A stretch of DNA of 64,000 nt from Saprospiraceae bacterium. Lineage in GTDB: Bacteria > Bacteroidota > Bacteroidia > Chitinophagales > Saprospiraceae. Both the position numbers and the translations under genes were made by a program. Positions 48,829-58,699 of the stretch are shown one piece after another. The stretch is taken from the NCBI GenBank assembly GCA_043781915.1, contig JAYWBA010000187.1:931-64930 (forward strand), written 5' to 3'. The notes under the pieces are model-generated. The model was not told where the DNA came from and made no database searches. It saw only the letters and a program-made list of their open reading frames with translations. Numbering within the stretch: position 1 is the first letter of the stretch; each line of letters opens with the position of its first letter.

Positions 48829-51580
48829 ATGGTTTAGCCGTTTTCTTATCGAAATCGCCTGCATAAAAATAACTAATTTTAGCTGGCACGATGTACTTTT
48901 TAATCGCTGCATTCACATCGTTCAAAGTCGTTTTATTTAGCTTTTCTTCAAAATCAGCATCGTATTTCATTGTGCGATTTAAAAACTGATAGCTATTGAG
49001 CTTGCCAACAAGTTGTTTATCGGTAGCGCGAGACAACAAGCGCGATTCAATAAGCGCCTTTTTAGCAGCAGCAAATTCATCGGCTGTTAAACCCTCAGCA
49101 TAAAATTTTTCAATTTCATCTTTAAATGCAGCCTCCAAACGCTTGGCATTTTCGGGTGCATAAAAAGCATAAGCACCAAAACTACCCGTTTTATCTAAGG
49201 CATCGGCATTAAAATAAGAACCTACGCCATAACTTAAACCTTCTTTCTGACGAATGCGATTGGCTAAACGTGAACTGATGGCGCCACCGCCTAATACATA
49301 GTTTCCAATCATCAATTGCGCATATTCTGGGTCATTTTCGTTTACAGGCAAATTAAGTTGTGCTACGAAAACAGCATTTGCTTTATCGGGCGTTTTTATA
49401 TCTTCGCGTTTTGAAGCGACATCAAAAAACTTTCCCTCCAAACGCTTATAACCTTTTGGCGATTTCCAATTGGCTAAATTATCGTCTAAAATTTTCTTTG
49501 CCTCTGCTTCATCGAAATCACCAACTACTGAAGCCGTTGCATCGCTTGCACCTACAAAGTTTTTATAGAAACTCTTAACGTCGTCTAATTTAACAGCTTT
49601 AAGACTTTCAATTTCTTCTTGCAAAGTCGGCGTATAACGTATATCCGTTTTAGGATACGGTTTTGAGTAGCGCTGCATAGCGTTAAATGCTATACTCTGT
49701 GGCTCAGAAAGACCTTGCTCTTTTTCAGCAAGTTGTTGCTGACGCAATTCTTCAAACTCTTTTGCTGGAAAACTTGGATTACGCAGTAAATCGCACACCA
49801 TTTTTAATGTAGCGGGGAAATTATCGCGTACTGTTTCAATATTGATAAAAGTTTTATCAGCACTTGAACCGAAAGTAACTGTCGCTTTAAGCTCGTCGAG
49901 TTTATCTTTTATTTGTTGCTCAGTCATGGTAGCTGTGCCTTTTTTAAACATAGCACCTACTAATTCTGAGGGCATATTCAAGTTTTGAAGGTTATTGACA
50001 TCGCCATAGCGCAAAGTAATAGTTGCACTGACTGTATTTCCGCGCGTTTTTTTACTCAGCAGGGCATATTTCATTGTACCTGCTTTTCCTGCTTTTGTAC
50101 GCGCATCAATATTGGTTGTTGATGGATCAAAAACTTCACCTTCTGCCATCGCCGCACGACCTTTGTACCCTTCAACCAATGCAGAAACATCGGGTGTTGC
50201 TGGAATTTCTGCGCGAATAGGTTTTGCCTCCGGATAAAATAAACCTATTGTACGGTTAGATGGAAGAAAATAAGCTTTGAAAACGCGATTAACATCCGCA
50301 GCAGTTACTTTTTCTAATTTATCGCGTAAAAGGAAAAAAGTTCTCCAATCCCCGAGCGCAATAAATTCGCTCATCAAAGTGCCTGTGCGCTCTGAATTAC
50401 GGTATAATTGCTCTAACTGTTTTATATTTTGAACTCTAACGCGCTTTACTTCATCTTCTGTAATCGGATTATTAGCAACATCATCAATAGTTTGAAGCAG
50501 AATGGTTTTTGCAGAATCTAAGTTGCCTTCTTTTCGCACTTGCGTTTCAAAATAGGTAAAACCAGGTTCTTTGGTTGGGTTTGTTCCACCCGATACATCC
50601 GATGCTTTTTGAGTAACAACTAATTTTTTATACAATCTACCCGAAGGATTTTCAACGAGTAAATCAGTCAATAACGACACCGCAGGATAATCGGCGTGTG
50701 TAGCAGCCGGAACGTGATAACCCACCGACGCAATTTGCACATCGCCAACACGACGCAATGTTACACTGCGCTCACCATCTTGTGTAGGCTCAACAGTATA
50801 ACTTGGTTGCAAAACCCGAGTAGGCATTGGAATTGCTGAAAAATATTTATCAACTAAGTTGAGTGCGGTTTCTTCATTGATTTTACCTGCAATCAATAGA
50901 ATAGCATTATCGGGTTGATAAAATTTCCGATAGAATGCCTGCAAGTTTTCAATCGGCACGTTTTCAATATCGCTTTTGTTGCCAATTGTCGATTTGCCAT
51001 AGTTATGCCATAAAAACGCTGTACTCTGAACGCGCTCTTGCAAAATACTGCTCGGGTCGTTTTCACCGATTTCAAACTCATTGCGCACTACAGAGAACTC
51101 TGTTTCCAAATCTTTTTTAGCGATGAATGAGTTAATCATACAATCGCTTTTCAAATCGAGCGACCAATCTAAATTGGCGTCCGATGCAGGAAATGTTTCA
51201 AAATAGTTCGTTCTATCGAGCCAAGTTGACCCATTAAAACGAGCGCCATGCAATTTAAATTCGGCAGGCACATCCTTATGTCGCGGTGAACCTTTGAACA
51301 CCATGTGCTCTAACAAATGCGCCATACCTGTTTCTCCACCACCTTCGTGTCGGGAACCAACCATATAAGTGACATTCACTGTTATGGTTTGTTTAGAAGC
51401 ATCGGGGAAAAGTAAAACTCTGAGCTTATTGCTTTTTAAACGGTATTCCGTCATACCTTCTACCGATGTATATTTTTCGATATTGGCAGGTAATTTTTGC
51501 GCATAAGCGCCTGAAATGATAAAACTAAGTACTACTGGAAGAAAAAAATGGACGATTTGAAAGCGTCGGGTACTTTTCAT
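48827..51580 (-). CDS. M16-family (pitrilysin/insulinase-like) zinc peptidase, double-module
   Basis: Signal peptide. HLLEHMVFKG matches the inverted HxxEH zinc motif. At 917 aa it is consistent with two M16 halves. Confidence 0.85.
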   Translation of the reverse strand: MKSTRRFQIVHFFLPVVLSFIISGAYAQKLPANIEKYTSVEGMTEYRLKSNKLRVLLFPDASKQTITVNVTYMVGSRHEGGGETGMAHLLEHMVFKGSPRHKDVPAEFKLHGARFNGSTWLDRTNYFETFPASDANLDWSLDLKSDCMINSFIAKKDLETEFSVVRNEFEIGENDPSSILQERVQSTAFLWHNYGKSTIGNKSDIENVPIENLQAFYRKFYQPDNAILLIAGKINEETALNLVDKYFSAIPMPTRVLQPSYTVEPTQDGERSVTLRRVGDVQIASVGYHVPAATHADYPAVSLLTDLLVENPSGRLYKKLVVTQKASDVSGGTNPTKEPGFTYFETQVRKEGNLDSAKTILLQTIDDVANNPITEDEVKRVRVQNIKQLEQLYRNSERTGTLMSEFIALGDWRTFFLLRDKLEKVTAADVNRVFKAYFLPSNRTIGLFYPEAKPIRAEIPATPDVSALVEGYKGRAAMAEGEVFDPSTTNIDARTKAGKAGTMKYALLSKKTRGNTVSATITLRYGDVNNLQNLNMPSELVGAMFKKGTATMTEQQIKDKLDELKATVTFGSSADKTFINIETVRDNFPATLKMVCDLLRNPSFPAKEFEELRQQQLAEKEQGLSEPQSIAFNAMQRYSKPYPKTDIRYTPTLQEEIESLKAVKLDDVKSFYKNFVGASDATASVVGDFDEAEAKKILDDNLANWKSPKGYKRLEGKFFDVASKREDIKTPDKANAVFVAQLNLPVNENDPEYAQLMIGNYVLGGGAISSRLANRIRQKEGLSYGVGSYFNADALDKTGSFGAYAFYAPENAKRLEAAFKDEIEKFYAEGLTADEFAAAKKALIESRLLSRATDKQLVGKLNSYQFLNRTMKYDADFEEKLNKTTLNDVNAAIKKYIVPAKISYFYAGDFDKKTAKP

Positions 51581-51701
51581 GCTGATTACGTTAAATTGGA
51601 TGATTTAAAAAAAAAGTGGATAACTCCACAATAATAAGATGAAATTATTAACGAAAGGTTGCATTTACTTATTTTTTCGACGAAAATAAATATTCACTCG
51701 A

Positions 51702-52382
51702 TTAAAAACCAATTCCAAAAGATTGGAACACCCCCATTATAACCAAAACACCACCTGTAAGTAAACCTGCATTGTGTTCTATACTGTGCCAATTTATTTT
51801 TTTCAATCCATGCTGTACCAAATTCACCCAAAGCAACATTCCTGAAACAGAAATGATTGAATATACAGCCACTAATGTTGCCACTGCCGACAATCCAAAC
51901 TTACCCGCGCTAAAAAAAACGGCAACCACTTCAAGGCAAGGCGAAAAAAACATTAACACTAATAATTGAACCAATAACGCTCTAAAAGTATTGTTTTGTG
52001 TATTCAAATTTTCGGCAGAAAAGTGAAAATGATGGTGTGTATAATGTCGAAAAATAAAAAAAAATCCATATAAAATTAAAAACACACCCGAGACTTTGTC
52101 AAATGAATTTGAATATTTTTCGAACAGCGTTTGACCGATTAAACTAATTGCACAACAAAGCAGAACAGTGCTGAGAACGTGTGCTAAACCGAGATAGAGT
52201 GTAGCACGCATGGTTAATGCCTTCGACCAACCTGCATTTTTGGAAATAACCGTAATGGGCAACCAATGACTGGGTATCAAGGCATGAAAAAAACTGATGA
52301 GACTAACTGAAATCAAGAGTGCGGTCATGAAGGCAATAATACTGCTTTTGCCTGATTTTTTTATTTGAATTAGAAAAATCAT
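51702..52382 (-). CDS. Metal-transporter-like membrane protein (NicO/RcnA-like guess)
   Basis: Six TM helices, FFHALIPSHW (HA-x-P-x-H) and the His-rich loop HYTHHHFHF. Confidence 0.4.
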   Translation of the reverse strand: MIFLIQIKKSGKSSIIAFMTALLISVSLISFFHALIPSHWLPITVISKNAGWSKALTMRATLYLGLAHVLSTVLLCCAISLIGQTLFEKYSNSFDKVSGVFLILYGFFFIFRHYTHHHFHFSAENLNTQNNTFRALLVQLLVLMFFSPCLEVVAVFFSAGKFGLSAVATLVAVYSIISVSGMLLWVNLVQHGLKKINWHSIEHNAGLLTGGVLVIMGVFQSFGIGF

Positions 52383-52417
52383 TTCAAATTATAGGTAATA
52401 TGAAATCATATATTCTA

Positions 52418-52558
52418 AGCAGTTGCAAAACCAGTATATGGGCGAACTTTTTCAGATTGAAAACCTAAAACAATATTGGATGCAGGAACGCCACGTTTCA
52501 TTAATTCATCGGCTACTAAAATTTCGGAGTTATTAATGAGTAACCAGATTTTGCCGTT
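52418..52558 (-). pseudogene. XisI-family protein, C-terminal fragment only
   Basis: Minus-strand translation NGKIWLLINNSEILVADELMKRGVPASNIVLGFQSEKVRPYTGFATA* matches the XisI C-terminal consensus. A stop codon lies immediately upstream and there is no N-terminal half. Confidence 0.7.
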
Positions 52559-52570
52559 TTAGGATATCAT

Positions 52571-53263
52571 TTAGTAGACAAAATAGTTTTTTTCATTTTT
52601 CAATTCAGCAATTAAAGTCTCAATCCAATTTTTAAATCTAGGACATTTTTTCATAGTTGTTGCTAAAGTATTTTCGATTGCTATTATTGGTCCATCAATA
52701 GATTTATCATAAGCAGGAATTAAATCATTTAATCTTTTAGATGGTGCTGTTTGTAACCCATCATTTAATAATTCGGGGTTAGGATTTTCTCTTACAATAC
52801 TGTACAATTTTTCTCTTCCGTCATCATCTATTTTATCAAGATAATCAAATCCTTTTGTGTCGGAAAAAAGCAAACCTTCAAATTCGTGTAATTGGATGTA
52901 AGGAATGAATCGTTCACTATTTATATTCTCGGCAATTGCTTTTTCTAAAAAATCAACACGTTGAACTTTATCTTTATCATTTATCTTTTTACTCTCTTCA
53001 AACTTTGGGAAGCTAGTATCGAGTTTAAAAAAATCAATCAACGAAGTAACGATTATATCTTTTTCACTCTTGAGTTTAGATTCGATGTTGTATTTGAATC
53101 GGTCATAATTAAGACCACCGCCTTTTTGTTTATGTTTTGAACCTGTACTAAGCAATAAGGGGCTCACATTATGTATTCCAATCGATGTGAAAAACGGAAT
53201 TAATAAAGAGTTGACGAATTCCTCCTCTGTTTGCCCTTCTACAATTATGTATAATCTTTTCAT
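52571..53263 (-). CDS. DUF4276-like (Toprim-like) protein, module 2
   Basis: MKRLYIIVEGQTEEEF, LIDFFK, FIPYIQLHEFEGLLF, NPELLNDGLQTAPSKRL, PRFKNWIETL. ATGA start/stop overlap with the ATPase gene. Confidence 0.7.
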   Translation of the reverse strand: MKRLYIIVEGQTEEEFVNSLLIPFFTSIGIHNVSPLLLSTGSKHKQKGGGLNYDRFKYNIESKLKSEKDIIVTSLIDFFKLDTSFPKFEESKKINDKDKVQRVDFLEKAIAENINSERFIPYIQLHEFEGLLFSDTKGFDYLDKIDDDGREKLYSIVRENPNPELLNDGLQTAPSKRLNDLIPAYDKSIDGPIIAIENTLATTMKKCPRFKNWIETLIAELKNEKNYFVY

Positions 53264-54375
53264 TTTGGTCGCCCTCCTATTACGTTTTTCTCCCACAATT
53301 CACCCAATGAATAATCTTCGAGCCAATGCTTTAGATTTTCTTCCGATTGACGCGTGAATACAGATTGATTGTCTTTTCTATCAACAACAATTATATCATC
53401 AGCCGAAAACTCATTCACTAAATTAACAGATTGTGTTGAAACAATTAACTGTGACTTATGTGATGCTATTCTTAATAGACCTGCCAATTTTGAAATCGCA
53501 AATGGATGTAAACCCAATTCTGGTTCATCTATAATTATTATTTCTGGTAATTCGGGTTGCAATAATAAAGTTGCTAAGCATATAAACCGTAGCGTTCCGT
53601 CCGATAGATTGTGCGCGGCAAATAATTTATCTGATCCTTTTTCTAACCACCTCAGAAAAATTTGTTGATTATTAATTTCGTCGGGTTTCAAAATAAACTT
53701 ATCCAAAAATGGCGCAACTGATTGAACAACTCTTTCAATCAATTTAAAATTTTTAGGCGATGCTTCTTGTAGTCTGTATAAAAATGCAGCGATATTGCTT
53801 GCATCTTCGCGTAAATAGGAATAATCTGTTGAAGAAGCAGGCTGTTTGATTCTTGCTTCAAAACTTGTGTCATTAAGATGAAAAGGTTTTATAGTTGAAA
53901 AGAAAGCCTTGATATCTTCATATTGATTATTTAACATACCAAGCCTTGCTTTCAAGATACTTTCAGTAGAACCTGAAATGCTGGTGTGACCTACAAACCT
54001 CAAATCTACCCATTTATCAACTTTAAAATTATCATTATTTAAATTAAACCGATCATCTGAAAAAATAAAATTTCCATTTATATCAGGCTCCAGTTTAAAA
54101 TGAAATTGGCTTTTGAAACTATTATTTAAGATGACTTCACCCGATAAAAATTTTGATTTTTTAGAACCAAAGTATAAAAAATCCTCAGCACCTCCGTTTT
54201 TTCTTACGTAAAAACTTAAATTTTCATCATAGAGATTTTTCAAAAACTTAAAAAACCCAATAAAATTACTCTTACCCGCACCATTAGCACCAATCAGAAT
54301 ATTCAACTTGCCCAGTTCAATATCTGCTTCGCGAATAGATTTAAAGTTCTGTATTTTTATTGATGCAATACCCAT
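53260..54375 (-). CDS. ABC/SMC-type AAA ATPase (AAA_15/21-like), module 2
   Basis: Walker A ILIGANGAGKSNF, LSDGTLRF, Walker B IIIIDEPELGLHP, IVSTQS. Alignable end to end with the 32176-33243 product. Confidence 0.8.
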   Translation of the reverse strand: MGIASIKIQNFKSIREADIELGKLNILIGANGAGKSNFIGFFKFLKNLYDENLSFYVRKNGGAEDFLYFGSKKSKFLSGEVILNNSFKSQFHFKLEPDINGNFIFSDDRFNLNNDNFKVDKWVDLRFVGHTSISGSTESILKARLGMLNNQYEDIKAFFSTIKPFHLNDTSFEARIKQPASSTDYSYLREDASNIAAFLYRLQEASPKNFKLIERVVQSVAPFLDKFILKPDEINNQQIFLRWLEKGSDKLFAAHNLSDGTLRFICLATLLLQPELPEIIIIDEPELGLHPFAISKLAGLLRIASHKSQLIVSTQSVNLVNEFSADDIIVVDRKDNQSVFTRQSEENLKHWLEDYSLGELWEKNVIGGRPK

Positions 54376-54501
54376 CTAAGATTTTATGTCTAAAAATTTA
54401 GTCAAAGTTAGTTTGAATAAGTTTATTTAACAAAGATTCAGAGTAGTAGAAATTTGTTTTTCAAAATATTCTTATTAAGAGAAAAAATTACCCAAACGAA
54501 T

Positions 54502-55194
54502 TTACTTATCAGGGAAACATTGCGGACCAATTGCACCACCATAATATTCGAGCAAAATATTTTTTGTAAAATTTCTAAAATTGCATTGCGCATCAAGTTG
54601 TTTCTGATAATTAGAATTAATCAACTTGTCAAAAATATTGTAAAAATACATTCCCATTCCACTTCTTTTAAAACCAATTTGAGTTGGCTCACCATTTGTA
54701 ACTGATATGCAATTTGCTCTTAAAAGTTTTTCTTTTATAGTTTTGAAAGTGTTGAAATTCCATTTTAAAGTGGTGATTACTTTTTCAAAACTTAATGTTT
54801 GTATTAATCCGCCAGGACTTGGGACATCTGAGTTAGGCTCTTTTTTATAATTGAAAGGGTCTATGTCCCATTCGGCAAACAACCCTTCTTTTCTTCGAGA
54901 GTTTTCATTCCATTCTGTTATTCTCAAATCAATCCGATTATTTTCTTTAAATTCGATATAAACCTCATAACCAATTGGAACAACTCTATTAATATATCTT
55001 TTGAGTTCAAAAATTTCAATAGTATTGAGTGTGAAATTTTCTTTTAATTCTTTCTCACTCGACATGGGCATATCATTAAAAAAATCTGAGAAAATCTTTG
55101 TTAAATCTTTTTGGCTAAAAATCTTGGAGTTAATTGCTATAAAAAAGAGAAAGCATAATACCAGTCGAGTCCTATTTAACTTTATTAGTTTCAT
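54502..55194 (-). CDS. Hypothetical secreted protein (A+T-rich, accessory)
   Basis: Signal-like N-terminus MKLIKLNRTRLVLCFLFFIAINSKIFSQ. No family recognised. Confidence 0.4.
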   Translation of the reverse strand: MKLIKLNRTRLVLCFLFFIAINSKIFSQKDLTKIFSDFFNDMPMSSEKELKENFTLNTIEIFELKRYINRVVPIGYEVYIEFKENNRIDLRITEWNENSRRKEGLFAEWDIDPFNYKKEPNSDVPSPGGLIQTLSFEKVITTLKWNFNTFKTIKEKLLRANCISVTNGEPTQIGFKRSGMGMYFYNIFDKLINSNYQKQLDAQCNFRNFTKNILLEYYGGAIGPQCFPDK

Positions 55195-55315
55195 AAATGA
55201 CTAAATTTTACTTTTTTCTATTGAAATTTTGGTTAGAATATATCTCCATAATTATTAAAACCTCGCAGCATCCGAAAATATCACGAGGTTTTTTTTAACT
55301 TTTAATTTTTAACTC

Positions 55316-56416
55316 TTAACTTTTCACTGCTTCAGTCGCAGGCGCAACAACTTCATCTTTCGCATTCATAATCAAAGTTTGATGGCGAATAGATTCTTGG
55401 TGAATAGACGTGAGTAGACCAATAATAAATTCGTCGCTCAGTTCGCGTTTGCGACCGCGTTCAACAGCTGCATTCAAAATTTCATTCCAGCGCGTAGCTT
55501 GCAAAATGCTGATATTGTTTTTCTTTTTATAAGTACCAATATCTTTAGCGAGTTGCATGCGATTACCCAATAAAGTCAACACTTCATCGTCAATTTGGTC
55601 GATGCGCACACGCAAAGCTTCGATAGAGTTTAAAAATCCTGCGTCTTTCTCTGCGCGAATGTTTAAACCTGCTATCAATTCTTTATAAACTTCTGGTACA
55701 ATTTGTTGTTTAGCATCGCTCCACGCTTCATCGGGATTGCAATGCACTTCTGTGATAAGACCATCGTAGTTCAAATCCATCATTTGTTGCGCTACTTCAG
55801 CCAACATGTGGCGATTGCCACAAATGTGCGAGTTATCGCCAATTATTGTCATTTCGGGCATACGGCGTTGCAATTCGATCGCAATTTCCCAATGCGGCAC
55901 GTTGCGGTAACGCGTTTTTGCCGCTGTCGAAAATCCGCGATGAATAGCTGCCATGCGCGTGATGCCTGCTTTATTTAAACGCTCGAAAGCACCCAACCAC
56001 AATTCTAAATCCGGATTAATCGGATTTTTCACCATCACAGGAATATCAACGCCGCGCAAAGCGTCCGCAATTTCTTGCACACTGAATGGATTAACTGTTG
56101 TGCGTGCGCCAATCCACAAAACATCAATGCCAAATTTAAGCGACTCATACACGTGGTGTGCATTAGCCACTTCAACTGTGGTTTTTAAACCCGTTTCTTC
56201 TTTCACGCGTTTCAACCAGCCCAAACCTTCAGAGCCTACACCTTCGAATGCGCCAGGGCGCGTGCGGGGTTTCCAAATTCCTGAGCGGAATAAATCAATT
56301 TTTTGCGCTGCTAAATCGCGTGCAATACTCATTACTTGTCCTTCTGTTTCTGCCGAGCATGGTCCTGCAATGAGGAAAGGACGTTTTTTGTCAACTAGAA
56401 AAGGTTTTAAATTCAT
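55316..56416 (-). CDS. aroG: Bifunctional 3-deoxy-7-phosphoheptulonate (DAHP) synthase / chorismate mutase
   Basis: Class I-beta DAHPS/KDO8PS-like core (LIAGPCSAE, KPRTRPGAFEG, MVKNP, DNSH). C-terminal chorismate mutase type II (RIDQIDDEVLTLLGNRMQLAKDIGTYKK). ATG at 56416 preferred. Confidence 0.85.
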   Translation of the reverse strand: MNLKPFLVDKKRPFLIAGPCSAETEGQVMSIARDLAAQKIDLFRSGIWKPRTRPGAFEGVGSEGLGWLKRVKEETGLKTTVEVANAHHVYESLKFGIDVLWIGARTTVNPFSVQEIADALRGVDIPVMVKNPINPDLELWLGAFERLNKAGITRMAAIHRGFSTAAKTRYRNVPHWEIAIELQRRMPEMTIIGDNSHICGNRHMLAEVAQQMMDLNYDGLITEVHCNPDEAWSDAKQQIVPEVYKELIAGLNIRAEKDAGFLNSIEALRVRIDQIDDEVLTLLGNRMQLAKDIGTYKKKNNISILQATRWNEILNAAVERGRKRELSDEFIIGLLTSIHQESIRHQTLIMNAKDEVVAPATEAVKS

Positions 56417-56537
56417 ACTTTTGAAATTTAGAAAATTTAAATTATCAGAATTATTCTGATAGAATTGATATTTTTTATTGTTAGACCTTAATTCCACGGA
56501 TTACATCCGTGGCTGCAATTAGGGTCGTCCTACTGAC

Positions 56538-56572
56538 TATCACTTATCACTTATCACCTATCACTTGTCACT
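56538..56572. repeat. Tandem heptamer array TATCACT x5 (no clear partner arm)
   Basis: TATCACTTATCACTTATCACCTATCACTTGTCACT, overlapping the tyrA stop codon. A separate small hairpin CCACGGA-TTACA-TCCGTGG lies at 56494-56512. Confidence 0.8.
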
Positions 56573-57419
56573 TTAGTATGCGATTTATATCGTTTGCACG
56601 TACCATCATATCGTTCAGTTCGCCAAACTTTTTCTTTATTAAACACGAACGCATAATACTGAGTACGTGTATGTGCTCGTCTAAAACATCGAGCAAATTA
56701 TCGCGATTTTGCTCAAAAATTGGTAGCCATGTATCTGGATTACTTTTTGCCAAACGCACGGTACTTCTAAATCCACCACTTGCTAAATCGAAAATGGCTT
56801 CTTCGTCTTGCTCTTTTTCTAAAACAGTTAACGCCAGTGCAAAACTCGAAAGGTGCGAAATATGACTGATATACGCCGTGTGAACATCGTGCGCATCGGC
56901 TTCCATATATGTTAATTGCATCTTAATGGCTTTGAAAAAATCCTCGCAAATTTTCAATGCATGAGCAGAACTTTCTTCTTTATTACAAATAACGCATACT
57001 TTATTGACAAATAAATCTTCTAACGCTGCATCAGGTCCAGAAAATTCTGTTCCTGCCATTGGGTGTGCTGCTACAAATTGCGATCTGTTTTTATGATTTT
57101 GCACAGCTTGCACTAACGTCGATTTAGTTGAACCTGCATCCATTAATACTTGATGCGGTACCATTTTATCCAGAATATGCGGTGCTAAATTTAAAAGTGT
57201 TTGAACGGGTGTTGCGAGAATAATTAAATCGGCGTATTCAACAGCAATATCTAATTTAAGCACTTCATCAACCAAACCTAATTCTAAAGCGCGCGCTGAA
57301 TGCTGCGGATTTCTATCGACACCAATTAAATGCGTTGCAAATTTATTTTTGCGCGCAGCGAGTGCCAACGAACCCCCAATTAATCCCAAACCGACTATTG
57401 CGATCTTCATAAAATTCAA
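56568..57419 (-). CDS. tyrA: Prephenate dehydrogenase
   Basis: Rossmann motif IAIVGLGLIGGSLA, then HPMAGTE. Confidence 0.85.
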   Translation of the reverse strand: MNFMKIAIVGLGLIGGSLALAARKNKFATHLIGVDRNPQHSARALELGLVDEVLKLDIAVEYADLIILATPVQTLLNLAPHILDKMVPHQVLMDAGSTKSTLVQAVQNHKNRSQFVAAHPMAGTEFSGPDAALEDLFVNKVCVICNKEESSAHALKICEDFFKAIKMQLTYMEADAHDVHTAYISHISHLSSFALALTVLEKEQDEEAIFDLASGGFRSTVRLAKSNPDTWLPIFEQNRDNLLDVLDEHIHVLSIMRSCLIKKKFGELNDMMVRANDINRILK

Positions 57420-57488
57420 TTACGAATTACGAATTACGAATTACGCACGAACAACGAACCGTAATTCGTAATTCGTAATTCGTAATTG
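57417..57488. repeat. Heptamer-word hairpin (CGAATTA words), perfect 29-bp stem
   Basis: CAATTACGAATTACGAATTACGAATTACG (57417-57445) pairs perfectly with 57460-57488. It fills the gap between the aminotransferase stop and the tyrA start. Confidence 0.92.
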
Positions 57489-57490
57489 AT

Positions 57491-58693
57491 TTATTGCGCA
57501 ATACGCGCTTCACTATTTACAAGTTCAAAATATTTATCGAAATCATCTAAACGCGCCATCGCTTTTTCAATCATTGTTTCTGTGCAACACAAACTCACGC
57601 GCACAAATCGTTCACCTGCTGACCCAAAAATACCGCCAGGTGTAATGAATACGCGCGCAGTATCTAAAACGGCATCAGCTAAATCAAACCCCGATGCGAA
57701 GTTATTCGGAACTTCTGCCCAAACAAACATGCCTTGTTGTGCCGAATTATATTTACATTTCAATCTATCGAGAAATTTAAAAACCAATTTTTGGCGTTTT
57801 TCGTACACTTCGTTCACACTGTCGTACCAAGATTTTGGCAATGCCAATGCTTCGGCTGCTGCGAGTTGCAACGGCAAAAACATACCTGAATCCATATTCG
57901 ATTTGAAGCGAATCACATCCGAAATAATTTTCGCATCACCGACTAACCAACCTATTCGCCAACCCGCCATATTGTGACTTTTAGACAGCGAGTTCAACTC
58001 AACTGCATTTTTGCGCCATTCAGGCGAACTACAAATTGAAAGTGGTTTATCGTTGAGAATAAAACTGTATGGATTATCATTGATGATTAAGATATGGTGT
58101 TTCTGTGCGAAAGATAATAATTTTTCGAAAAGTGCTTCTGTTGCAGGCGCACCTGTCGGCATATTCGGATAATTGACGAACATCAATTTAGCTTTGCTCA
58201 AATCGTTTTTCTCCAATCCATCAAAATCAATATCCCAATTTTTATTTTCGTCTAAAGTATATTCTAAAATAGTTGCACCCGTTAATTGCGCAGCTGCCCG
58301 ATAGGTCGGATAACCCGGGTTCGGAACCAAAACCACATCACCCGCTTCCAAATACGTCATGCACAAGTGCATAATACCTTCTTTCGAACCGATGAGGGGC
58401 AAAATTTCAGTGTCGGGATTTACGCCCGCTTTAAAATGTTCAAGATAAAAATTGGAAATCGCTTTGCGCAAAACGGGCGAACCTTGATAACTTTGGTAAC
58501 CGTGCGTATTGTGCGCGTTGGCTTTTTCTGACAGGGTTTCTACCACTTTTAAATGCGGCGGTAAATCGGGCGAACCGATACCAAGATTGATAATATCGGC
58601 ACCTTGCGCGTTGCGTTGCGCAATATCGCGTAGCTTCATCGAAAAATAATATTCGTTGACGCTGTTTAACCGACTTGATGTTGAAATATCCAT
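57491..58693 (-). CDS. Class I/II pyridoxal-phosphate-dependent aminotransferase (aromatic-pathway context)
   Basis: NLGIGSPD, NPGYPTY, NYPNMPTG, SLSKSHNMAGWRIGW (PLP lysine). Confidence 0.8.
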   Translation of the reverse strand: MDISTSSRLNSVNEYYFSMKLRDIAQRNAQGADIINLGIGSPDLPPHLKVVETLSEKANAHNTHGYQSYQGSPVLRKAISNFYLEHFKAGVNPDTEILPLIGSKEGIMHLCMTYLEAGDVVLVPNPGYPTYRAAAQLTGATILEYTLDENKNWDIDFDGLEKNDLSKAKLMFVNYPNMPTGAPATEALFEKLLSFAQKHHILIINDNPYSFILNDKPLSICSSPEWRKNAVELNSLSKSHNMAGWRIGWLVGDAKIISDVIRFKSNMDSGMFLPLQLAAAEALALPKSWYDSVNEVYEKRQKLVFKFLDRLKCKYNSAQQGMFVWAEVPNNFASGFDLADAVLDTARVFITPGGIFGSAGERFVRVSLCCTETMIEKAMARLDDFDKYFELVNSEARIAQ

Positions 58694-58699
58694 AATTTT

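Noticed and set aside
55953-56459. 168-aa plus-strand ORF, and similar long antisense ORFs (57486-57977, 44294-44650, 45145-45489, 1949-2320, 3210-3557, 8386-8748, 41373-41714, 36920-37240, 53369-53668, 63320-63652).
   Set aside because: - Each lies entirely inside, and antisense to, a CDS with strong family motifs (aroG, aminotransferase, parC, HtrA, M1 peptidase and others).
- Their translations are low-complexity or Ser/Cys/Arg-rich, with no recognisable domains.
- They are shadow ORFs typical of low-GC sequence.
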